This document shows, piece after piece, positions 1 to 7,225 of a DNA stretch of 52,492 bases. The DNA is taken from positions 1 through 52,492 of the forward strand of contig CAXGAI010000031.1 of assembly GCA_964007735.1 (NCBI GenBank). The letters run 5' to 3'. Source of the DNA: an uncultured Rhodopirellula sp. (GTDB lineage: Bacteria > Planctomycetota > Planctomycetia > Pirellulales > Pirellulaceae). Both the position numbers and the translations under genes were made by a program. Position 1 is the stretch's first letter, and every line of letters starts with the position of its first letter. The notes under the pieces were generated by a model, which was not told the origin of the DNA, searched no databases, and was given only the letters and a program-made list of their open reading frames with translations.

Positions 1-2
1 CC

Positions 3-545
3 ACGCCGCATCTTTACGCGCTTGCTCGTGAAGCTTTCGGGCCAATTGATATGTTGGTGTGTGCCGCTGGCGTTAGTATACCCGGCCCGGCGGATGAGAT
101 GACGTGGGAACGTTGGAAGACCACGATGAATGTAAATTTGGATGGTACTTTTAATATGGTCTATGCGGTCGTCGAAGAAATGCAACAGCGCAATTTTGGG
201 CGTGTTGTCACATTTTCATCCATTGCTGGTCTCCGCCCGCGGATGAACCAAATTGCTTATTCTGCGTCCAAGGCTGGTGTGATTGCGATGACCCAATGTA
301 TGGCCGAAGCCTGGGCTGCAAACGGAATCCGTGTGAATTGTGTTTGTCCGGGTTTAACGGAAACTGAAATGGCGCATACGCTAACTCCTGAATACCACGA
401 GAGGGTAATTGGCGCCACCCCATTAGGACGTATTGGAGAACCTTCCGAATTGGCCTCAGTAGCCCGCTTCCTGCTTAGTGAAGAGTCCAGCTTTATGACT
501 GGTCAGACAATTGTTGCTAGTGGTGGACGAGTCATGGTTCCTTAG
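3..545 (+). CDS. SDR family NAD(P)-dependent oxidoreductase (FabG-like), 5'-truncated by the window edge
   Basis: Frame is open from the window start (TPHLYALAREAFGPIDMLV...). Has CAAG (NNAG-like), NVNLDG, SSIAG, catalytic YSASK and NCVCPG. The N-terminal GxxxGxG is missing and should lie upstream. Confidence 0.9.
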   Translation, partial: TPHLYALAREAFGPIDMLVCAAGVSIPGPADEMTWERWKTTMNVNLDGTFNMVYAVVEEMQQRNFGRVVTFSSIAGLRPRMNQIAYSASKAGVIAMTQCMAEAWAANGIRVNCVCPGLTETEMAHTLTPEYHERVIGATPLGRIGEPSELASVARFLLSEESSFMTGQTIVASGGRVMVP

Positions 546-589
546 TCGTTGCCGGCAAAGGAAGTAAAATTTAGAGGGGAGAATACACC

Positions 590-1552
590 GTGCAAATATA
601 TCAGACTTCTGTTCTTTTGGATCCTGAGTGTCGTCAATTGAGATTCCTTCCGGAGGGACCGATCGCTTATGGAAATCAAGGCTTTAGTTGGGTAGCAATT
701 CAGCATGCTGAAGAGGCCACTCATGGGTCTTTGAATGTCTTCGATTGGAGATCCAGATCAAATTCGAATTATGATTTGCCAGGGCGTCCGGGATTCGCGT
801 TTCCAACAGAAATCGATGAGATCTTTGTCGCTGGTTTGGAACGTCGGGTGATGATGGTGAATATTGCGACAGGTGAGAGCACTGTGATTAGCGATGAGAT
901 CGATCAGGATGTTGAAAATACGATCATCAACGACGGTATTCCTTTTTCAGAAGGAATTATTTTTGGCGCCAAGGACCTTGAGTTTCAAACGAAGAAGGCT
1001 GGATTGTATTTCTGGCGGGCGAGTGATAGAAATCTGATGCTTCTCAGGGACGATCAAATTTGTTCAAACGGAAAGATTATTACCGGAGTAGGGAACACTC
1101 GAACATTATTAGATATTGATACGCCGACTCAGCAAGTTGTTCGTTATGAATTGGACTGTGACGCTGGAATACTGAGCGATCCCGAAGTTGTGCTCGATCT
1201 TTCCGATCTGGATATTTTTCCGGATGGAATGGTGGCAACACCAGATGGTCAAAGCGTAATTATTGCGTTCTATAACCCGAATCCAGCAGAATATGGGGTG
1301 GCTAGACAATTCAGTTTAGCGACTGGAAACGTGGAAGCTGAATGGCGTTGTGCTCAGGCTCCCCGTGTTACGTGCCCATTACTACTGAATACGGAAGATG
1401 GTGTGAAGTTGATTTTGACAACGGCAACCGAAGTGATGGAAAGTGCGATGTTTGAAGCTCACCCAAACTCGGGCTGCCTATTTGTTGGCGATACCCTGTT
1501 CGATTTAGCTCCCGTCGATTATCGATTTACCGCTGAAGAATTAGGAATCTAG
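590..1552 (+). CDS. SMP-30/gluconolactonase/LRE family beta-propeller protein
   Basis: LPEGP, INDG, CSNG(K), DTP and FPDGM motifs match the Glu/Asn/Asn/Asp metal-ligand pattern of SMP-30. GTG start is preceded by AGAGGGGAG. Confidence 0.8.
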   Translation: MQIYQTSVLLDPECRQLRFLPEGPIAYGNQGFSWVAIQHAEEATHGSLNVFDWRSRSNSNYDLPGRPGFAFPTEIDEIFVAGLERRVMMVNIATGESTVISDEIDQDVENTIINDGIPFSEGIIFGAKDLEFQTKKAGLYFWRASDRNLMLLRDDQICSNGKIITGVGNTRTLLDIDTPTQQVVRYELDCDAGILSDPEVVLDLSDLDIFPDGMVATPDGQSVIIAFYNPNPAEYGVARQFSLATGNVEAEWRCAQAPRVTCPLLLNTEDGVKLILTTATEVMESAMFEAHPNSGCLFVGDTLFDLAPVDYRFTAEELGI

Positions 1553-1711
1553 CAGAATACTAATTTTGTGATTAAAATACCCTTTTGATAAAGCTTAACG
1601 GTGGTGACGAAATCCACGTGATGTGTTAGCTTAAATGCACACATATTTCTCTGTGGAGGCTGTGGCTTGCAGTCTGATTTCTGTTACCTACATTGGTCCG
1701 GTCTGGAGTAA

Positions 1712-2464
1712 TTGATGGTTGACCATCCAGAAGATGACGACCTATTCGTTGATGACGAATGGGAAGAAGTTGAAGACAACGAAGAACTTGAAGATGACGA
1801 CGCAGATGCGGATGTTGACGACGAGCTCGAAGAAGCCTTGAATGAAGGCGATGAAGATGAATTCGAAGTCGAGGACGTCGATGATGATGACGTCGATGAT
1901 GACGATGTCGATGATGACGATGTCGATGATGAGGACGTCGCGGAAGAAGATGACGATGACGACGTAGAATATGAATACGTTGAAGTCGACGAAGTCGACG
2001 AAGATGACGAAGACGTTGAATATGAATATGAGTACATCGAAGTGGGGGAAGATGAAGAACTCGATGGTGATGTAGAGTACGAATATATCGAGGTCGAAGA
2101 GGAAGAAGAGTCAGACGAGTCAGAAGATGAGCCAAAATCAGGAAGTGATGAGTCCGAAGCTAAGGATGCTGAAGAAGAGCCGTCTGAGCCTGAAGTGGAA
2201 GAAGAACCTGAAGTTGATTTAGGTCCGGATCATCCAGATGCACTCGCCGCACTCGAAGACATCGGAGTTCGTCTCATTAAGAATCAGTTCGGTAGGGTAA
2301 CCCGCATTCTGTTCTATGATCATCATCGAGAAGGTGATTTAGATCAGATCAGGAACCTTCCAAGTCTTAAAGAAGTTTGGTTGTTACATACACCTCGAAT
2401 CAAACTTCCAGCTGTAGAAGCATTGCGTGAACGGCTGGAGGGAGTGGAAGTTCACTATAGTTAG
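1712..2464 (+). CDS. Hypothetical protein with very long Asp/Glu-rich low-complexity region and C-terminal LRR-like domain
   Basis: 250-aa ORF with GGAG upstream and a terminator downstream. About 170 acidic N-terminal residues. C-terminal DLDQIRNLPSLKEVWLLHT resembles planctomycete leucine-rich repeats. Confidence 0.75.
   Translation: MMVDHPEDDDLFVDDEWEEVEDNEELEDDDADADVDDELEEALNEGDEDEFEVEDVDDDDVDDDDVDDDDVDDEDVAEEDDDDDVEYEYVEVDEVDEDDEDVEYEYEYIEVGEDEELDGDVEYEYIEVEEEEESDESEDEPKSGSDESEAKDAEEEPSEPEVEEEPEVDLGPDHPDALAALEDIGVRLIKNQFGRVTRILFYDHHREGDLDQIRNLPSLKEVWLLHTPRIKLPAVEALRERLEGVEVHYS
1874..1939 (+). repeat. 15-bp imperfect coding tandem repeat (GAYGTCGATGATGAN, ~4.4 copies; DVDDD)
   Basis: gacgtcgatgatgat / gacgtcgatgatgac / gatgtcgatgatgac / gatgtcgatgatgag / gacgtc, read directly. 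Confidence 0.85.
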
Positions 2465-2496
2465 TGCTCATTAATCTTCCCCAAAATTAAGTAATC

Positions 2497-2527
2497 TGAA
2501 GCCCCTGTTTTCGACAGGGGCTTTTTT
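2497..2527 (+). terminator. Rho-independent terminator (copy 1 of an identical 30-bp repeat)
   Basis: AAGCCCCTG-ttttcga-CAGGGGCTT hairpin followed by a T-tract, about 30 bp after the stop at 2464. Confidence 0.85.
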
Positions 2528-2716
2528 ATGAACCATTTCCTCATCGTTTCTTAGCCAATTCTTTAGCATTTACTTACGCACTTTTCATTCTGACTTCATG
2601 AGTGATTCATGGATGTTCGCCAAAATCATCCGTATTAAACAAGGATGTATATTGTTGTCTCTTCATGAGATTGAAGGGCAAACACCCCTAATTGCTGAAC
2701 ATGCATGGAGGATCAA

Positions 2717-5164
2717 ATGTATAGTAAAGCAGACATTCACGTTCATACGAAGTATTCGGATGCTCCGAATGAATGGTACTTGAAGCAAATCAAGGCCGCT
2801 GAAAGCTATGTTGAACCCATGCATGTTTACCAAACTGCTAAACAGCGGGGAATGCAATTTGTCACAATCTCGGATCATGACCGCATCGATGGCGCACTCG
2901 AACTAGCTCATCTAAAAGATACATTTATTTCTGCGGAAGCCACGGTAACTTTTCCAGAAGATGGATGCAAAATCCATTGTCTGGTAACAGGAATTACAGA
3001 ACCGCAGTGGGCTGAGATTGATAAGCGTCGAGACGACATCTATCAATTTCAAAAGTATCTAAGACAAGAGAATATCATCCATTCTGTAGCGCACCCGCTC
3101 TTTACGGTGAATGGTCAAATGACCGTGGAGCATTTTGAGAAATTGTTGCTGCTTTTTAACTGCTTCGAAGCCATTAATGGAGCTCGCGATTCTCGAGCAG
3201 GGGAAATTGTCAGTACAGTGATGGGGAATATCACGGAGAATCAATTGCTTCAAATGCAGCGCAGGCATGGAATTGAGCCCTCTGGTGAAAAGCCATGGAA
3301 GAAGGTTTTTACGGGCGGTAGCGATGACCACGGTGGCGTGTTTATCGGAACAGCCTATACGGCCACCCCGGAAGCTAATAATGTAAATCAATACCTGGAC
3401 TACTTGCGGCAGGGTCGCCATCTCTGCGGTGGGGCACACGGCGGCAGTTTGCGGTTAAGCCATAGCTTGGTTGCAATTGCCCGCAAGTACGTCCAGAAGA
3501 ACATGCTCGCCAATTCCGATCCAACGGGAGTCGTCTTGGATGAGATCCTTGAGATGTTGATGGAACAGGATTCAAGCGAATTTTACTTCCCTTCAGCCTC
3601 GATGAATTCGAGCCCGATCCAGCTCGAAACTGAAAAACAGGATGAACAAGGGACCATGGGATCAAATTGGTGGACAGGTATTGAACGCGGGACGATGGAC
3701 CGAGCCAATGAAATGTTCAACGAATGTCTCTCTCAGTTTATTGAGAGTGTCCGTGGCAGTGTTGCATCTGGCAGACTCCTTAATGTGATGGGAGCAATGT
3801 CCGGCTTGTTGCCTATTACGATGTCTGCTCTACCCTATTTGGCTGGGGTTGCAACAAACTACAAGGACGAGAAATTGTGCCAAAAGGTTGCTAGAGAATT
3901 CTCCGCCAGCCAGAATCTGGAGAGGCGCAGTCAAAAGAAGTTGTGGCTGACGGATACGTTTTCGGATGTAAATGGTGTCTCAATGTCGATTGCACGTCTG
4001 GCAGAAATAGCAGATTTCCAGGGGAAAGACCTGACGGTAATGACTTGTTTGCCGGAGAAGCCAAGAGCAAAGTTCGCATTAAAGAATGTACAGCCTCTCC
4101 AGCAATTTGAGATGCCGTTTTACAATCAGGCTAAATTGAGTGTGCCTCCAATTTTGGAGGTGCTTAATTACATTGAAGATCAACGTATTTCTGAACTGAT
4201 TATTTCCACTCCGGGCCCGTTGGGATTAGTGGGACTACTGGCTGGTAAGCTGCTGGATATTCCGGTGAGAGCCATCTATCACACAGACTTCCCGGCTTAC
4301 GTTGAGTCGATTACAGATTCCGAGCCATATTCCGAAGCGACTCGAAAGTATATGCAGTGGTTCTATTCCAAAGCGCATACTGTTCTGGTACCCAGCGATT
4401 TCTATCGCGAATCTTTGATTGCTGATGGTTTGGAGACCGCCAAGATCAAGTTTCTTCCCCGGGGGGTTGATTCAGTAATGTTCCATCCTCGGAAGAAGGA
4501 AACATCTTTCTGGAAGAAATATGGACTAAAGAAAAACTTTACTTTTCTGTATGCAGGCAGGATATCACGTGAGAAAAACGTGGAACATTTGATCGAGTCG
4601 TTTTTGGCGATGACAGAAGACCAGGCAAGTTTGGCTGAGTCTAATCTGGCTCTTTGTGGAGACGGCCCGCTTCTTTCTGAACTACGGAATAAATACGCTC
4701 AGCACAAAACGATTTGCTTTACCGGCTGTCTCGAATCTGAAGATCTCGCAGTAGCCTACGCTAGTAGTGATGTGTTTGTTTTTCCAAGTACGACCGATAC
4801 ATTTGGAAATGTTGTGCTCGAGGCGCAGGCCTGTGGATTACCAGCCATTGTTACGCATATGGGGGGCCCCGCCGAGATTGTCATGCATAACGGATCGGGT
4901 TTGATCGTTGATATTAGCCATGAACAAGCCCTGTCAACGGCTATGGAGCAATTGTATACGGATGACATTATGCGAGGCGATATGCGTCATCGCGCCATCT
5001 TAAATGCAGAACAACGCAGTTGGGACTCGATTTTGGATCTCCTGTGGAATTGTGCTGATAAACAACTACAGCCTCCAAAGCCTCGAACGGAGAATGCTTC
5101 TCCTGTCAGAGTGGCTGTCGGTCGTGAAAATCGGATTGCCAAACATTTGATCTCTAAGGACTAG
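2717..5164 (+). CDS. PHP-domain / GT4 glycosyltransferase fusion protein
   Basis: N-terminal PHP motifs DIHVHTKYSD, ISDHD, AHP, GGSDDHG. C-terminal GT-B/GT4 motifs DTFSDVNGVS, YHTDFP, YAGRISREKN, FPSTTDTFGNVVLEA. Start placed at ATG 2717 because GGAGG lies at 2707-2711 (ORF track start is 2705). Confidence 0.88.
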   Translation: MYSKADIHVHTKYSDAPNEWYLKQIKAAESYVEPMHVYQTAKQRGMQFVTISDHDRIDGALELAHLKDTFISAEATVTFPEDGCKIHCLVTGITEPQWAEIDKRRDDIYQFQKYLRQENIIHSVAHPLFTVNGQMTVEHFEKLLLLFNCFEAINGARDSRAGEIVSTVMGNITENQLLQMQRRHGIEPSGEKPWKKVFTGGSDDHGGVFIGTAYTATPEANNVNQYLDYLRQGRHLCGGAHGGSLRLSHSLVAIARKYVQKNMLANSDPTGVVLDEILEMLMEQDSSEFYFPSASMNSSPIQLETEKQDEQGTMGSNWWTGIERGTMDRANEMFNECLSQFIESVRGSVASGRLLNVMGAMSGLLPITMSALPYLAGVATNYKDEKLCQKVAREFSASQNLERRSQKKLWLTDTFSDVNGVSMSIARLAEIADFQGKDLTVMTCLPEKPRAKFALKNVQPLQQFEMPFYNQAKLSVPPILEVLNYIEDQRISELIISTPGPLGLVGLLAGKLLDIPVRAIYHTDFPAYVESITDSEPYSEATRKYMQWFYSKAHTVLVPSDFYRESLIADGLETAKIKFLPRGVDSVMFHPRKKETSFWKKYGLKKNFTFLYAGRISREKNVEHLIESFLAMTEDQASLAESNLALCGDGPLLSELRNKYAQHKTICFTGCLESEDLAVAYASSDVFVFPSTTDTFGNVVLEAQACGLPAIVTHMGGPAEIVMHNGSGLIVDISHEQALSTAMEQLYTDDIMRGDMRHRAILNAEQRSWDSILDLLWNCADKQLQPPKPRTENASPVRVAVGRENRIAKHLISKD

Positions 5165-5217
5165 AGAGCCCCTTTTTATAGTGTTATTCCAGACGTTTTT
5201 AGCGGTTTAGCTCCGAA

Positions 5218-5254
5218 TGAAGCCCCTGTTTTCGACAGGGGCTTTTTCTTTTTT
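5218..5254 (+). terminator. Rho-independent terminator (copy 2 of an identical 30-bp repeat)
   Basis: tgaagcccctgttttcgacaggggcttttt at 5218-5247 is identical to 2497-2526 and is followed by more Ts. Confidence 0.85.
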
Positions 5255-5297
5255 GAAGTTTTTGCGCCCTTTTCTGGTCGGAGTTGCACCTTTCATT

Positions 5298-5467
5298 AGT
5301 AGAAGACTGACTTTTCCAGACGGTCTTCTAGCCTACATTCCGGAGGAGGGGGAGTAGAAGACGTAGCCAATACCCGGGCCTCGTCAATTTCTACTCCCCC
5401 GAATCTTTTTAAAAGAGCCGGGAACCAGGGGATTTGAATTTGATTACGAACCTGAACTTTGGGCTAG
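5298..5467. other. Structured intergenic element (candidate ncRNA or palindromic repeat element)
   Basis: Stems TAGAAGAC/GTCTTCTA (5300-5330), GGGGGAGTAGAA/TTCTACTCCCCC (5348-5400), TTCCGG/CCGGGA and CTAGCCTA/TGGGCTAG. AGTAGAAGAC occurs twice. Lies between convergent genes. Confidence 0.4.
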
Positions 5468-6079
5468 CTACTCTGACTCTTCAGAGTTTATATCAGGCAC
5501 AATGTTTGCCATCATAGGCGATGGGGCAGTTTCAATGGGAAGAGCCATTTGAGCCATCATAGGCGTTTGGATAGTGGAGTCGGTTTTTATTTTATCAGGA
5601 TCCGTCTCACCAACCTTTTTCTTCAGATTACGACGAATGTCTCCCATTTCTGCTCCAAATAATCCTACACGCACCTGATGTCTGCGAAGAAAGCTTGTAG
5701 CACTTCCGTTAATTCCCAAAAGAACGAACAGATTGAGTCCTGGAATCAGCATCCCTGTGATAACCAACGCGGCCGTTATTTTACTGCGCCGGATCAATTC
5801 CATTTTTACAAGACTAAACGTGATGACACACCAGCTAATGGCAAACGCAGTTAAAGCTATTGCTGAGGTCGTCTCATCTAATTCATGCTCTACGCCACTA
5901 AGTGGTTCATAAACAAAATATCCAAATCCTAAAATGACATTGCTGGCGATGAAGATGAGCAGGAACCACATTAGATACTTTTGCCAGAGAGCAACTTGCC
6001 AGAGTTGTTGTTCTTCTTTTGACCAAACAGCTTCTGCAACGAGGTTCGCGTCCGGTGATTCGTAGGGATTGAATTCCAA
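5468..6079 (-). CDS. Hypothetical membrane protein with N-terminal NPY(E)SP motif
   Basis: TTG start, NPYESP motif typical of planctomycete membrane proteins, about 3 hydrophobic helices. Confidence 0.7.
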   Translation of the reverse strand: MEFNPYESPDANLVAEAVWSKEEQQLWQVALWQKYLMWFLLIFIASNVILGFGYFVYEPLSGVEHELDETTSAIALTAFAISWCVITFSLVKMELIRRSKITAALVITGMLIPGLNLFVLLGINGSATSFLRRHQVRVGLFGAEMGDIRRNLKKKVGETDPDKIKTDSTIQTPMMAQMALPIETAPSPMMANIVPDINSEESE

Positions 6080-6136
6080 TTTATTGCTCGGTACCCGAGT
6101 GGTTTACAGCGGTTAAGTCAGCGATTCTCATTCCTG

Positions 6137-6152
6137 TTACAATCTATTGTAA
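6137..6152. promoter_or_regulatory. Candidate operator: perfect 7-2-7 inverted repeat TTACAAT-CT-ATTGTAA
   Basis: Inverted repeat read directly in the divergent intergenic region 6080-6248. Confidence 0.35.
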
Positions 6153-6248
6153 GTCGATCGGCAAAGGGATGTAAATTACCCCAGTCAGAGAGAAATTGAT
6201 GCCGAGTTGCGAGACTGAATTTAATGCAGATAATAAGTAAGACGAGAA

Positions 6249-7205
6249 ATGATCAGAATGTCAAATAAATTTATCCTTTGCACAATGCTCTTCCTTTTGG
6301 CCTCGGATGTTGTATTGGCCGAAAAACCATGGATTATAGATCCGCATACGCATTTCAAAGGTGAAGAACAGATTGCCTATGAGGCAACGATAAAAGAATG
6401 GCATCCCGAGAACTCCCTCGGTAAAGTTGTCAAGCCTGAGGACTATCGCGCAGTAGCTGATCGTTTGGAATTGCGATCCACCTTGGTCGTGGAAGCATGC
6501 GATCAGGATAAACCTGAGTACAACGATTGGGTTTTACGTCAGGTGAAAGAATCTGATTTGTTGTGCGGATATATTGCGCGGGCAGATCTGACGGTAACAG
6601 ACTTTTTGATTCACCACCGTCGCTATCAAAGGACCGGCTTTCTCAATGGCTATCGTTTTCGATTTGATGAACTAAATGATTATTTGAATGACACATTGGC
6701 TCGACAGCATTTAGCTATTCTGGAACGTCAGGGACTGGTCATTGACTTGTTGATCGAGGCGTCTCATGCGGACGATGTTGTTTCATTATCCCGGGACTTT
6801 CCACGGCTGAAGATCGTGATTAATCATTGTTTTCGCGCTAAGATTATTGATGGAGATATCAGTGATGAGCTTAAACTGGCCATCAAAAAGTGCGCCGCGC
6901 AAAAGAACGTCTTTTGTAAGATGTCGAGTATCAACAATTTTTCGGAGGTGGCTCCATTTACCGATCCGGCCCCAACAGATCTTAATTACTACCTACCCGT
7001 TCTCGACTCTGTTTATGATGCATTTGGAGCAAACAGACTTATATTCGCTACCAATTGGGGAGTCAGCGCTCATTTTGGAAGCGTCGATAATGTGAAGGAT
7101 GTCGTCATGGCATACCTAAAGCCAAAAGGACAAAAGGTCGTGGACAATGTTATGTTCCGTAATGCCATGACGTTTTACAACATCAAAAGAAAGTATCTGC
7201 GTTAG
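6249..7205 (+). CDS. Amidohydrolase_2 family protein (L-fuconolactonase/COG3618-like) with probable signal peptide
   Basis: IIDPHTHF (HxH), LVVEA, GYR, IVINH, FCKMS, DAFGANRLIFATNW. Hydrophobic N-terminus ending in VLA-E. Confidence 0.8.
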   Translation: MIRMSNKFILCTMLFLLASDVVLAEKPWIIDPHTHFKGEEQIAYEATIKEWHPENSLGKVVKPEDYRAVADRLELRSTLVVEACDQDKPEYNDWVLRQVKESDLLCGYIARADLTVTDFLIHHRRYQRTGFLNGYRFRFDELNDYLNDTLARQHLAILERQGLVIDLLIEASHADDVVSLSRDFPRLKIVINHCFRAKIIDGDISDELKLAIKKCAAQKNVFCKMSSINNFSEVAPFTDPAPTDLNYYLPVLDSVYDAFGANRLIFATNWGVSAHFGSVDNVKDVVMAYLKPKGQKVVDNVMFRNAMTFYNIKRKYLR

Positions 7206-7225
7206 CGAAAACAGTGAACAGATTT

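Noticed and set aside
1626..2135. His/Arg-rich (169 aa) and Ser-rich (117 aa) minus-strand ORFs
   Set aside because: Antisense shadows of the GAY/GAR-rich acidic gene. The plus-strand ORF has the RBS, a folded C-terminal domain and a terminator.
2675..2700. GGGCAAAC upstream of the PHP-GT4 gene resembling the start of a c-di-GMP-I riboswitch
   Set aside because: The GAAA-capped stem and the downstream GACGCAAAGC consensus are absent.
5298..5400. AGTAGAAGAC repeats considered as a mini-CRISPR, SRP RNA or 6S RNA
   Set aside because: Only two 10-bp direct copies and no cas genes. No SRP GGAA-tetraloop/AGCAG motif, and no convincing 6S central bubble.
5508..5565. 13-bp direct repeat gccatcataggcg
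   Set aside because: A small intragenic duplication encoding PMMA twice in a low-complexity tail. No sign of a mobile element.
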